DNA of 64,000 nucleotides. Origin: Candidatus Latescibacterota bacterium (lineage in GTDB: Bacteria > Krumholzibacteriota > Krumholzibacteriia > WVZY01). How positions within the stretch are numbered: position 1 is the first letter of the stretch; every line of letters starts with the position of its first letter. Positions 38,925 to 48,663 of this stretch are shown one piece after another. The notes beneath the pieces are model-generated. The model worked only from the letters and a program-made list of their open reading frames with translations. It did not search any database and was not told the DNA's origin. The translations under genes were made by a program, and so were the position numbers. Location: NCBI GenBank assembly GCA_011772205.1, contig WVZY01000076.1:114567-178566 (forward strand). Reading direction: 5' to 3'.

Positions 38925-40958
38925 TCAGTGCCCATCGGTTTCGTTAGGTTTTCCAAAGAGCATCACCATCCCGACAACAGCTGCCGCACCCACTAGGAGA
39001 ACGATGGGGGATGGGATGCGGTAAGCCGCGGGGAAGTACCCTAGGAAGATAGCGATGAGGGCGACTGCCAATGCGTAAGGCAGCTGTGTCCTCACATGGT
39101 CGATGTGATCGGCGGCGCTGGCCATCGATGACATAATCGTCGTATCCGAAATCGGGGAGCAGTGATCACCGAACACGCTTCCAGCGAGAATCGCTGCGAT
39201 ACCCGATAGGAGAATCGCCTCCTGAGCGGGGCCGCTAACAGCGTTCTGCTGAGTTACTTGAAACACTAAGGGAATGCTGATTGGTGTCAGGATCGTCATT
39301 GTGGCCCATGAGGTTCCGGTGGCGAAGCTGACCAGGGCTGCGATCAGAAATATCAGCGCCGGCAATAGATGGGGGGATAGGACCCCGGAAACCTTGCTTA
39401 CTAGATAATCAGCTGTGTGAAGATCGACGCATACGGAGCCAATGCTCCAGGCGAGCAGGAGGATGATGAACGCCATGAACATGGATTTCATGCCGGCAAC
39501 CCAAGCATTCATGGCTTCAGAAACCGTTAAGAGGCGTTGGCCGACGGCGAGAAGGAAGGCGACCACGCACCCGCTGAGCGAGCTCCACAACAGGGCGTCG
39601 AACGAGTTGCTAGCGCGGAATGCTTCCATGAGGCTCCAACTCGTTTGTCCCGATCCCATTAAAGCGCTTCTGCCGGTAATGACAAGCCCAATGATCGTTC
39701 CGAAAACGACCGTGGCTACCGGCAGAGCAGCGTTGTACCATCGCGGGATAACTCCCTTGGCGGGCGTGATATCTCTATCAATATTGGAAATCGGAACGGC
39801 CTTCTCCGACAGAACGTCTCCCTTTCGCCTGGCCCGGCGTTCCGCTTTGAGCATCGGGCCGAAATCCCTCCTGGTCGAGGCGATCATCAGCACGAACAAA
39901 ATGGTGAGTATTGGATAATAGCTGTAGCGAATCGAGGAAACGAAAGTGGTAAGGGGGTTTCGATCGACATTCAGCGAGTCGAAGGCGTCCTTGATCAAAC
40001 TGATCTCGAAGCCAATCCAGCTGCTGATGACACCGATGGCTGCAACTGGGGCGGCTGTAGAGTCGACGATATAAGAGAGCTTTTCCCGGGAGATTCGCAA
40101 TTTGTCCGTTAGTGGTCGCATGGTGTTCCCGACAATGAGCGTGTTCGTGTAGTCATCGAAGAAGATCGCAATTCCCATGAGCCAGGTCGACAGCTGGCCC
40201 CGTCTGGGAGTCGTTGCAATCGTCGCAATCTTGTTCACGATTCCCTGGGTACCTCCCATTTTCGAAAAAATCCCCACCATTCCACCGAGGAGAAGTGTGA
40301 AAACCGACACAGCAACGTGATCGGCTCCGCTTTCCCCGGCCAGAGCATCGACAGTGTAATGGTCGACAACGTAGAAAAATCCCCGAACCAGCTGAAAGTC
40401 ATTCACGAAAAATGCTCCCATCCAGACTCCCATGAAAAGGGCGATAATGACCTGGCGGAAGATCAGTGCTACAAGGATCGCCATAATCGGGGGAAGCAAT
40501 GTAAGAACACCGGGAAGTGATCTGATTATGTGCACCCTGGTATCGCCAGCAGCTTTGAGGGTGACGGTATGTCTACCTGCGGAAGGGATTTTCACTCCTT
40601 GGATCGTCTCTGGGAGTGTTCCTTCGTGGGTGAAAACGACCTCTCCGTGTTTTGTTATTTCCAACGTGTAAGGGATTCTCTCCCCCGAAGGGTGAGCCAG
40701 GTCGATCTCAAAAGGGACTCCAGACGCTGCCACTTTAGGGAGCGCAGAGGCGTGCCAGTTCCCGTCCGCTCCGCGCCCCTCATGCGGATAGACTGAAACG
40801 GCGAAGAGCGAGATGGCGAAGAATATGGGTTTCCATGAGTGGCGACGAGTTGCACCAGCGGTTTTTGGATTGTGGCATTCATGGTGCCGGGTGCAGCGTC
40901 CAGCGATAGAAGTCCACTTGAGCATTGTGTCCATCGGATCAGTCGAATTCTCCAGCAA
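38925..40958 (-). CDS. NhaC-family Na+/H+ antiporter with an N-terminal extracytoplasmic extension
   Basis: NhaC-type core (…FFDDYTNTLIVGNTMRPLTD…), preceded by about 150 aa with a signal or TM segment and a beta-rich domain. The exact start is uncertain. Confidence 0.7.
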   Translation of the reverse strand: MLENSTDPMDTMLKWTSIAGRCTRHHECHNPKTAGATRRHSWKPIFFAISLFAVSVYPHEGRGADGNWHASALPKVAASGVPFEIDLAHPSGERIPYTLEITKHGEVVFTHEGTLPETIQGVKIPSAGRHTVTLKAAGDTRVHIIRSLPGVLTLLPPIMAILVALIFRQVIIALFMGVWMGAFFVNDFQLVRGFFYVVDHYTVDALAGESGADHVAVSVFTLLLGGMVGIFSKMGGTQGIVNKIATIATTPRRGQLSTWLMGIAIFFDDYTNTLIVGNTMRPLTDKLRISREKLSYIVDSTAAPVAAIGVISSWIGFEISLIKDAFDSLNVDRNPLTTFVSSIRYSYYPILTILFVLMIASTRRDFGPMLKAERRARRKGDVLSEKAVPISNIDRDITPAKGVIPRWYNAALPVATVVFGTIIGLVITGRSALMGSGQTSWSLMEAFRASNSFDALLWSSLSGCVVAFLLAVGQRLLTVSEAMNAWVAGMKSMFMAFIILLLAWSIGSVCVDLHTADYLVSKVSGVLSPHLLPALIFLIAALVSFATGTSWATMTILTPISIPLVFQVTQQNAVSGPAQEAILLSGIAAILAGSVFGDHCSPISDTTIMSSMASAADHIDHVRTQLPYALAVALIAIFLGYFPAAYRIPSPIVLLVGAAAVVGMVMLFGKPNETDGH

Positions 40959-41321
40959 GGCTACCTCGCTCGGGGATTAGCAAAAAACGAGATGAGTGAG
41001 TGTGCCAGGAAGGCGCTTAGGTTACCAGAATAGCGACTTTTTCGCAAGCGGCATCGATGTGAGGATGGGTGCATTCATTCTCTCCATCCATACCAAGGAG
41101 ACGATGGGCGCTGCGTCATCGGCAGGAGGATCCAATTGGTATGCAGCTTGCAGTTTTCTGTACGGCGCTTTCAACCGGCGTGGTTTGGAAAATTTCTATT
41201 CAACTCAAAGGGAATTGTGACGAATATGTTTCCAGTTGCAGAGCACGCTGATATTTTTAGTCGAGCACCACGAGTCGGCGTGTATCGGGAGAAAAAAATT
41301 TTCGCAGCTGCGATGTTTTTT

Positions 41322-41351
41322 CTTGACACCTTGTCTTACAAATGACTAAAA
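41322..41351 (+). promoter_or_regulatory. candidate promoter for the basic repeat protein gene
   Basis: TTGACA, a 17–18-nt spacer, then TAAAAC, about 130 nt upstream of the ATG. Confidence 0.3.
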
Positions 41352-41481
41352 CATCAAAAAAAGCTGTTATCGCAACAGTGTTCTGCTTTTTCGTTGTGTG
41401 ATTGCGAGCTCTTAACCCATGAAGGAGGTGAAACGAGAAGGTCGTTAATTCCTCTTTCACCCTTACCGAAAGGAAGAAGTA

Positions 41482-41688
41482 ATGGCAGTAAAGAAGAGGA
41501 GAGCCAAAGCCAAAACCAAAGCCAAGCGCAAAGTGAGGCGTAAAGCCAAGGCCAAGACCAAAGGCAAGCGCAAAGTGAAGCGCAAAGCCAAGGCCAAAAC
41601 CAAAGCCAAGCGCAAAGTGAAACGCAGAAAAGCCAAAACCAAGGCCAAGGCAAAGCGCAAAGCCAGGCGCAAAGCCAAAAAGAAATAA
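41482..41688 (+). CDS. small, highly basic KAKA-repeat protein (histone H1-like / nucleoid-associated candidate)
   Basis: 68 aa made almost only of K, A, R, T and V in ~14-aa repeats (AKAKTKAKRKVKRK). Strong AAGGAAG ribosome-binding site, and a strong terminator downstream. Confidence 0.7.
   Translation: MAVKKRRAKAKTKAKRKVRRKAKAKTKGKRKVKRKAKAKTKAKRKVKRRKAKTKAKAKRKARRKAKKK
41497..41685 (+). repeat. ~42–45-nt imperfect tandem repeat (about 3.5 copies) encoding the KAKA repeats
   Basis: Units such as GCCAAAGCCAAAACCAAAGCCAAGCGCAAAGTGAGGCGTAAA recur with few substitutions. Confidence 0.8.
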
Positions 41689-41760
41689 TAGCGCAATATG
41701 AGCAACCGGTATAGCTGATTGCTCAATGCTAGGCTTTGGGAATACAACAATTTAAACCAA

Positions 41761-41797
41761 GAAAAGGGAGAGCTAACATAGGCTCTCCCTTTTCTTG
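41761..41797 (+). terminator. rho-independent terminator
   Basis: 13-bp perfect stem GAAAAGGGAGAGC/GCUCUCCCUUUUC with an 8-nt loop, ending in a U-rich stretch. Confidence 0.7.
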
Positions 41798-42003
41798 TCA
41801 CCACTTAGTATACTCGCTCTATTGTGCGCGCCGGAAGGCACAACATCATGCTAAAGTCTTTTGTGGCTTGACATTTCACAACAATTCCTCTATATCTTTC
41901 CCGCTAGGTACGCATGGATTCGTCGAATGGGCGCTCCGGTCGGATTAGCATTCAATTCGATCGTAGAGGATCGTTTATGAACGAGCATCTCAGGAGGTCT
42001 TCA

Positions 42004-42549
42004 ATGCACTATGCTCCCTCAAATATGTTTCTGACCAGGGGAATGGGTAGACACCGTGAGAAGCTCACGAGTTTCGAGCTGGCCTTGAGAGCAGCTGGGA
42101 TCGCCTCATACAATCTTGTTTCGGTATCGAGTATTCTCCCACCACACTGCAAGCTGATTCCAAAATCGAAGGGCATTGGCTTGCTGCAGGATGGAGAAAT
42201 TGTCTACTGCGTGCTCAGCCGCAATTCCACCAACGAGCCGCATCGATTGATCGGCGCATCCATCGGGGTGGCTATTCCCGCTGATCAAGGCCGCTATGGG
42301 TACCTGTCGGAACACCACAGCTACGGGCAAAAACAGAAGACGGAGGGGGAATACGCAGAAGATCTCGCCGCCACAATGCTGGCGCACACCCTGGGAATCG
42401 AGATAGATCCGGACCAAGCTTGGGATGAGCGGAAAGAATACTGGAAAATCGCAGGGCGGATAGTGAAGACGACGAACATTACCCAAACTGCCGTTGGCAA
42501 AGACAAGTTATGGACATCGGTGGTCGCTGCAGCCGTCTTCTGCGGATAG
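42004..42549 (+). CDS. pdaD: pyruvoyl-dependent arginine decarboxylase
   Basis: PdaD-family motifs FLTRGMGRHREKLTSFELALRAAGIASYNLVSVSSILPP, where the Ser-Ser is the self-cleavage site. Start chosen at the ATG with an AGGAGG ribosome-binding site. Confidence 0.8.
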   Translation: MHYAPSNMFLTRGMGRHREKLTSFELALRAAGIASYNLVSVSSILPPHCKLIPKSKGIGLLQDGEIVYCVLSRNSTNEPHRLIGASIGVAIPADQGRYGYLSEHHSYGQKQKTEGEYAEDLAATMLAHTLGIEIDPDQAWDERKEYWKIAGRIVKTTNITQTAVGKDKLWTSVVAAAVFCG

Positions 42550-42745
42550 ATTCAAAGCATCAAATAGCAAGGACTGGATGGGAGTGCGAGGCGGCTTTTC
42601 GGCACTCGAACTCCTCTTCGGGAAAGGCGATCGAGCTGCTGCAGAAAGTCGTGCTCCCCAGTCGCCCTATGCTGCGCCGGAGAAAGACGGCGTTGCATAG
42701 ATTGGCTCGTGTTCGGCTCATCGTCGACTCTCAGCTGGTGATCAA

Positions 42746-43618
42746 ATGAAAGAAAAGAAAGATGGATTCCTCGAGGACAAAATTGAGCCGGTGGCCGTCG
42801 TGCGGGAGCACAACAGCTATGTGCTGTCCCTCATACCCTATGAGGAAACCACTACCTATATAAAAGGAACAGCTGGTGCTCCGGAGGCAGTCGTTGAGGC
42901 TTCGAGTCACATGGAGCTGATAGATGAGTCACTGGGGATCGATGCTTCGAAACACGGCATTCTTACGCTCAGACCCACTATAACTAGTTTGAAATCAATT
43001 AGTTCCCATGTCAGGGGAGTTATAGCAGATTATCCCGATGCGTTCCATGGATTCATTGGGGGCGAGCATTCTATTACACCCGCTATAATAGAAGGACTGG
43101 GGGAAGAATCACTGGGGATCATCTGGATCGATGCCCATGCGGACCTCCGGGAAGCCTACGGCGGAAGGCGCGATAACCATGCGTGCGCAGGCTTTAATAG
43201 CGCATTGTTCGGTCCGATAGTCCAGGTGGGGGTGAGGACGCTGGCCGAGGAAGAGCTGGAGTACCTCGGGAAATCGGATAGGGTGGCTGCTCACCGCCGG
43301 TGGGGCGAGGCAGCAGAAAAAGCAATTATGGCGCTTCCGCAGAGAGTGTATCTCAGCGTTGATGCGGATGGATTATCACCGGAATTAGTGCGCTCTGTGG
43401 GAACGCCGGAGCCTGGGGGGCTTTCCTGGGGAGAAATGATGGAAATCCTCGAAATCGTCTTCAAAAACAAGGAGGTCTGCGCCTTTGACGTGGTGGAACT
43501 GTGTCCGCAGCCGTCAGACGTTGTCTCCAACTTTACGATTGCGAAGCTGATCTATAAGATCCTCTCCTATCACGCGCTTCATAAGATCGAAAAGCGCGCT
43601 CCCCGACCTGTTCTATGA
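42746..43618 (+). CDS. speB: agmatinase (ureohydrolase family)
   Basis: Arginase-fold Mn-binding motifs GGEHSIT, DAHAD and SVDADGL. Located downstream of pdaD. Confidence 0.8.
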   Translation: MKEKKDGFLEDKIEPVAVVREHNSYVLSLIPYEETTTYIKGTAGAPEAVVEASSHMELIDESLGIDASKHGILTLRPTITSLKSISSHVRGVIADYPDAFHGFIGGEHSITPAIIEGLGEESLGIIWIDAHADLREAYGGRRDNHACAGFNSALFGPIVQVGVRTLAEEELEYLGKSDRVAAHRRWGEAAEKAIMALPQRVYLSVDADGLSPELVRSVGTPEPGGLSWGEMMEILEIVFKNKEVCAFDVVELCPQPSDVVSNFTIAKLIYKILSYHALHKIEKRAPRPVL

Positions 43619-43706
43619 CTCCTTCTGGAAACCGACCAAGCGGAATGCTCGAGTTAAAACGCGAGAGGACTCTTCTCCGCTACCTCTCCTGGTTTTCGCA
43701 TCCTGG

Positions 43707-44009
43707 CTATTCAGGGTATTTCCTGAAAATGAGGTACAAGCCAAATATGATGAGCAGGATTGGGGGAACGGGATGCCCAAATACGCCGAGGGTGTAGAGC
43801 AGCCAGAGGATGCCGACGCCGACGATGATCAGCCCCCCAGATGGTGAAATGGCCAGGGCTTTCCACCTCTTGCCAGCTTCTGGATCCTCCCTCAGGCGCT
43901 GCTTCCCCTTGTCGAGGCTTTCTTCCACGCGCTTGACACCTTCCGAGACAGTTTTGGAGATCTTCTCCGTCACTTCATCCAGCTTCTTCTCGAATCCTTT
44001 TTGCTCCAT
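43707..44009 (-). CDS. small membrane protein (amphipathic N-terminus, two C-terminal TMs)
   Basis: Start at MEQKGFEKK with a strong AAAGGAG ribosome-binding site. The longer ORF is unsupported. Confidence 0.5.
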   Translation of the reverse strand: MEQKGFEKKLDEVTEKISKTVSEGVKRVEESLDKGKQRLREDPEAGKRWKALAISPSGGLIIVGVGILWLLYTLGVFGHPVPPILLIIFGLYLIFRKYPE

Positions 44010-44180
44010 GCCGCTCCTTTCTATGTCTCGTTCATCATACACCAATCGGGTGTATTGGACATACTGTTTTTCGAGATAAGCTCTCCCAGCAGGTGCCCCC
44101 AAGCAAGGCATACATGCCTGTGGATAATGGGCTTCGGGCTCGCGGCACCCAGGGGAACGTCCCGCCGCCAAAAAATGCAG

Positions 44181-45437
44181 TTAGTTGCGCACATGCTTCA
44201 ATTGTCTGCTCGCGACGATCAGTACGACGACGCTCGAGACGATTAGGAAGGCGAAACCGGCGAGAAACATATAAACGATCTCGAGGGAGTAGGCCTGCTT
44301 CACTGCTCCGATGAGGTAGACCACGGTCGCGCCCACGCCGAAATTCAGGATGAATTTGACTGCGAAGCTCGTGCTGCGCCATTTAACTGGAGTGAATGCG
44401 GCGATCAAGCTGTTCTCGATCGGCTGCATGCCGAGGCTGAAGAACACATAAGCCGCCGCACAAAAGGCGAGAAGATAATTGGTGACGAAAGCCATCGCCA
44501 GGAGAAAGGGGACGCTCGCCAAATGCACGAAAAGATAAGCGTAGCGAAGATCCTTGCGGTCTGCAAGTCGCCCACCCGTGATCTGCCCGAATATGCCGCT
44601 CAGGAGAATAGCGGATGTGAGAACCGTGGCTGCCAATGTAGCCGTTCCCTGGGTCTTTGTGACGGGGAATGCTTCTATCAACCGCAGGAAAAAGGTCGTT
44701 TTCAACTCCAAATAGGCGGGGAGAAGCAACATGTTGCCGCGGTAGCTGAGACCCCCGAAAATCATAGCAAAGCAAAGGATCACGAAATATCTAGTGTAAT
44801 TTATCTCTTTGCTCGTCGACCGGTGCACTTCCGTTCTTGGAGATTCGTCGATCTTGAGTGTGCTCAGCAGAAAGGCGATGAAAATGCATACGGTGCCTAG
44901 GATGATAAATGTCAACTGCCAGGAGAGGAGCCAAGTGAGCAGGCCTGTAACCAAAGGGGCAGCTGAGATTCCCAGGTTCCCAAACACTCCGTTGATCCCG
45001 AGAGCGTGACCGCGCTGCCTCACGGTGCGGGAGATCAAAGACAGCCCCGTAGGATGGTAAGTGCTTGCACCGATTCCAACTAGCGCAAGGGTGTAGGGCA
45101 TCAGCGATGAGTTGGGATAGATCCCGCTCGACGCGAGACCGACTCCCATAGTGATCTGGCCGATGACAAGCATCCCTTTTGCTTGCCATTTATCTACGAT
45201 TACGCCGACGGGTAGTGCGCACAGTCCGTAGAAAAGGTACATGAAAAAACTGATTTTCACGACCTCTTCCAAGGGAAGCCCGAGCGTGTTGACGAGCGGC
45301 ATTGCAACCGCGGGAAATACGAGGATGAACATGTGGCTCGTGAAATGCGCGGGGCACGTCAGCATGAGGATCCGCTTCTCGAGCCCGCTGAACTCACCGA
45401 GGAATCCGCGGCCATGGTTTTTGGTGTGTCCCGTCAT
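44181..45437 (-). CDS. MFS transporter
   Basis: Twelve-TM MFS-like protein. Start chosen at MTGHTKNHG with an AAGGA ribosome-binding site. Confidence 0.75.
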   Translation of the reverse strand: MTGHTKNHGRGFLGEFSGLEKRILMLTCPAHFTSHMFILVFPAVAMPLVNTLGLPLEEVVKISFFMYLFYGLCALPVGVIVDKWQAKGMLVIGQITMGVGLASSGIYPNSSLMPYTLALVGIGASTYHPTGLSLISRTVRQRGHALGINGVFGNLGISAAPLVTGLLTWLLSWQLTFIILGTVCIFIAFLLSTLKIDESPRTEVHRSTSKEINYTRYFVILCFAMIFGGLSYRGNMLLLPAYLELKTTFFLRLIEAFPVTKTQGTATLAATVLTSAILLSGIFGQITGGRLADRKDLRYAYLFVHLASVPFLLAMAFVTNYLLAFCAAAYVFFSLGMQPIENSLIAAFTPVKWRSTSFAVKFILNFGVGATVVYLIGAVKQAYSLEIVYMFLAGFAFLIVSSVVVLIVASRQLKHVRN

Positions 45438-45639
45438 CTCATCATCCTTCTGCAAAACGCCTCCAGATTGATCGGCATGCTTCTGGGGTGGACCATCCTG
45501 CTTTGAGCGCTTGCCAGTTGCCAAGGATGCGAGTTTATGCTATGAAGATGTCTGTAACCACCCCTTTTCCTTTCCTCCCCGGTCTCTTTCATCCGAATCC
45601 GTGTGTTAAATGGTGGGTGGGTTGTGAGGAGGTGGAATC

Positions 45640-47334
45640 GTGCACACGACTTTTTATTCCGGTGCCATACTGGGTGTTGAGGGATTTCTCGTCGAAGTAG
45701 AGGTGGATATTTCAAGAGGAATCCCATGTTTTTCTCTCGTCGGGCTCGCGAATACGGCCGTCCGTGAAAGCCGGGAGCGGGTCACTGCGGCAATCAAGAA
45801 TTCTGATTTGGAATTTCCGCTCGAAAGAATAACCGTGAACCTCGCACCGGCGGACATCAAAAAAGAAGGGGCGGCTTTTGACCTTGCCATTGCGCTGGGC
45901 ATTATCGCTGCTTCGGGTCAGCTCGAAAGGGCGGACGCGTCGCCGCCAATGGATGTCTCCGCTGCAGGAGGGCCTATCCAAGCTGGCCACTCTCAAGCAC
46001 ATGAGAAGCACCGCCGGCGCATGTTCACATTGGATGAAAAGGTCATGCGGCGAGCTCGGAAAACTATTTTTCTCGGCGAGCTGGCGCTGGATGGAAACCT
46101 GCGTCGTGTGAAAGGGGCCTTACCCATCTTATTGCATGCCAGGGAGGCTGGATTTGAGCGGGGCATTGTTCCTGAGGAGAACTTTGGCGAAGCGCTGGTC
46201 GCCAAAGGGATCGAAGTATTTGGGTGCCAGCGGCTCCGTGATGCCGTTCGCGTCGTTCTGGGACGAGGGTTCATGGATGTGGATGATGGAAAACTCATTG
46301 TGGATGTGGATGAGGGCATTCGCCGTAAAGCAAGAGACACTGCCTGCCGTCGAACCGAAGATTTTCCCGCGGAAGAGGGGCTGGATATGGGGGAGGTGAT
46401 TGGACAGGAATCCGCAAAACGGGCGCTAACAGTCGCGGCTGCAGGCGGGCACCACGTGCTTATGGTCGGTCCCCCCGGGGCGGGGAAGACGATGCTGGCA
46501 AGGCGACTGCCGTCGATCCTGCCCCCTCTCGATGACCGGGCTGCCCTGGAGACGACCATGATCTATAGTATCGTCGGCCTGCTCGATGGAACGGGCCTCA
46601 TCTGGAATGGCCCGTTTCGAGCACCTCACCACAACGCAAGCGATGCCGGGCTGATCGGAGGCGGAAACATCCCCCGCCCCGGAGAAGTGACCCTCGCTCA
46701 CAACGGGATTTTGTTTCTCGACGAGCTCCCAGAGTTCAAACGGCACGTGCTCGAGACGCTCAGGGAGCCTTTGGAGGCGGGGAAAATCACGATTTCGCGT
46801 GCGAAGCAAGCGGTGACATTTCCAGCGAGATTCCAGCTCGTTGCCGCCATGAATCCTTGTCCGTGCGGGTATCTGGGGAGCCGGGAGCAGCAGTGCCGGT
46901 GCAGCCCTCTCCGGGTGGAAAAGTATTTGGGGAAAATATCTGGGCCGCTTTTGGATCGCATATCGATCCACGTATTCGTTCGGCCCGTAGAAACGGCCGC
47001 TTTCAGGAAACCTCAAGCTCGCCACGAGAGTCCTTCGATCCGCGAGGCTGTAATCGAGGCCCGCGAGATTCAGCAGCGTCGATCAAGAAAATCGCCCGTT
47101 GCTGCATGCAATGCCCGGCTGCCGGAAGGTCTCTTCAAAGCGGTTTGCCGGATGGAAGCGTCAGCCGAGGAACTGTTGTACAAGGCCCAGAAACAACTCA
47201 GAATCAGCGCTCGGGGCCGGAGCCATGTGATTCGGATGGCGAGAACGATCGCGGACCTCGAAGGAGCAGACAGGATTGCTGCGCATCATCTCGCTGAGGC
47301 GGTCCAGTACAGGCTCAGAGAACTTCCTGTCTAG
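45640..47334 (+). CDS. yifB: YifB/ComM family Mg-chelatase-like AAA+ ATPase
   Basis: Lon-like N-domain, AAA+ Walker A (GPPGAGKTMLARRLP), an arginine finger region, and a C-terminal ChlI-like segment. GTG start with GAGGAGGTG. About 45 extra residues are inserted in the N-domain. Confidence 0.85.
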   Translation: MHTTFYSGAILGVEGFLVEVEVDISRGIPCFSLVGLANTAVRESRERVTAAIKNSDLEFPLERITVNLAPADIKKEGAAFDLAIALGIIAASGQLERADASPPMDVSAAGGPIQAGHSQAHEKHRRRMFTLDEKVMRRARKTIFLGELALDGNLRRVKGALPILLHAREAGFERGIVPEENFGEALVAKGIEVFGCQRLRDAVRVVLGRGFMDVDDGKLIVDVDEGIRRKARDTACRRTEDFPAEEGLDMGEVIGQESAKRALTVAAAGGHHVLMVGPPGAGKTMLARRLPSILPPLDDRAALETTMIYSIVGLLDGTGLIWNGPFRAPHHNASDAGLIGGGNIPRPGEVTLAHNGILFLDELPEFKRHVLETLREPLEAGKITISRAKQAVTFPARFQLVAAMNPCPCGYLGSREQQCRCSPLRVEKYLGKISGPLLDRISIHVFVRPVETAAFRKPQARHESPSIREAVIEAREIQQRRSRKSPVAACNARLPEGLFKAVCRMEASAEELLYKAQKQLRISARGRSHVIRMARTIADLEGADRIAAHHLAEAVQYRLRELPV

Positions 47335-47424
47335 GCAAAGGCAGAAGCCCAAAAATTCGCTTTGATGTGGTAGAATAAGAACCGCTGAACGCCGCTATAG
47401 ATCTCCCTCGAAAGGCAGCGGGAA

Positions 47425-48597
47425 ATGCGTGGACGGATTCTGAATCGGCTGGCTTCGAACGTCGCTCTGAGCCTCACGGTAATTGCTGCGCTTCTCATTG
47501 CGACTGAAATCATCGTTCGATTCGTCTATCACCCCGAAAACCTCGGGACGGTCATCCAGTTCGACGCGAAACTCGGGTGGTTGCTAAAACCCGGCTCCTA
47601 TCTTCACAGCGTCGACCGCGGTCGAGGTTTGGACTATCGAATACGCATCAATTCTCTCGGCCTCAGAGAGCGCAGCATCTCCATGCAAAAGCCCGCCGGA
47701 AAAAAGAGGGTCCTGATTCTGGGAGATTCGATCGCTTTCGGGACTGGCGTCGAAATCGGAGAGCGCTTCTCCGACCTTCTTGGCAATCATTTGGGGGAGG
47801 GGATAGAAGTGGTGAATGGTTCGATTTGTGGGTGGGGAAACGACCAGGAATTGCTATTTTACGAAACGTTCGCCCGGCGCTTGAATCCGGATATCGTGGT
47901 CCTAACACTGACTCTCAACAATGACATCCTAAACAACATGCTGGACCATCTCTATCTCGAAACGGCCCCGAAACCGCGATTTTTATTAAGGAGCGATTCT
48001 CTAATCCTGGATGAGGGCCACCTGGTTCCACCCAAGCTTCCCCTGAGCTTGAAGATCCGGCGCCTGTTCAGAAAGAGCCGGTTTCTCGTTTATATCAAGA
48101 GACGGCTCGATATGAGGCGCTACCAGCAGATTACCGATGCGCTCACCCATATACCTACCAGAGGATTCGAGAAAAAACGGTTGGAAGAGGATTGTTCATA
48201 CTGGTCTGTTTACAGAAAAGGCTACGGGCAGAGGTTTGAGCAAGGGTGGAATGTAACGGAGGCTATACTGTCGCGGTTCATATCGCGATGTAACGAGCAT
48301 GGTACAAAGCCGATCATCTTTGCGTTCCCACTGAAAATCGAGGTGGACGATACTTGGAGGAGCCAGCTGTTCGACCGGGCAAATGTCGATTCGATGCTTT
48401 TCGATTTTAGAAAGCCCTACGATCGGCTATCCAGCTTCTGTGCGGCCAAGCAGACAGTATTCGTCTATCCTCTGGAGGATTTCAGGGAAGCCTCCAGGCG
48501 CGTTCCTCTCTATTTCGAGAGAGACAGCCACCCGAACCGCAACGGCCACGCCCAAGCCGCAGCCGCGCTGCATGCTGTTCTCGAGGATCGCCTTTGA
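47425..48597 (+). CDS. SGNH/GDSL-family hydrolase, membrane-anchored
   Basis: N-terminal TM, a GDS block (VLILGDSIAFGTG), and a C-terminal DSHPN catalytic D-x-x-H. Confidence 0.7.
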   Translation: MRGRILNRLASNVALSLTVIAALLIATEIIVRFVYHPENLGTVIQFDAKLGWLLKPGSYLHSVDRGRGLDYRIRINSLGLRERSISMQKPAGKKRVLILGDSIAFGTGVEIGERFSDLLGNHLGEGIEVVNGSICGWGNDQELLFYETFARRLNPDIVVLTLTLNNDILNNMLDHLYLETAPKPRFLLRSDSLILDEGHLVPPKLPLSLKIRRLFRKSRFLVYIKRRLDMRRYQQITDALTHIPTRGFEKKRLEEDCSYWSVYRKGYGQRFEQGWNVTEAILSRFISRCNEHGTKPIIFAFPLKIEVDDTWRSQLFDRANVDSMLFDFRKPYDRLSSFCAAKQTVFVYPLEDFREASRRVPLYFERDSHPNRNGHAQAAAALHAVLEDRL

Positions 48598-48626
48598 TCT
48601 TTTCGCCGTTGTTGGATCGGATGTCT

Positions 48627-48655
48627 GTGGTAGGGAGTCGCTGTTTTCCTACCAC
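48627..48655. terminator. possible bidirectional terminator hairpin between convergent genes
   Basis: 8-bp stem GTGGTAGG/CCTACCAC with a 13-nt loop. Confidence 0.3.
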
Positions 48656-48663
48656 GCGTCAGA

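Noticed and set aside
41354-41804. Two minus-strand ORFs (99 and 113 aa) spanning the KAKA repeat region.
   Set aside because: They are the tandem repeat read on the opposite strand (L/A/W-rich low complexity). Only the plus-strand ORF has a consensus ribosome-binding site and a downstream terminator.
42510-42749. 79-aa ORF in the pdaD–speB intergenic region.
   Set aside because: It overlaps the pdaD 3' end in another frame, has no ribosome-binding site, and has an R/S-rich composition. I treat it as non-coding spacer.
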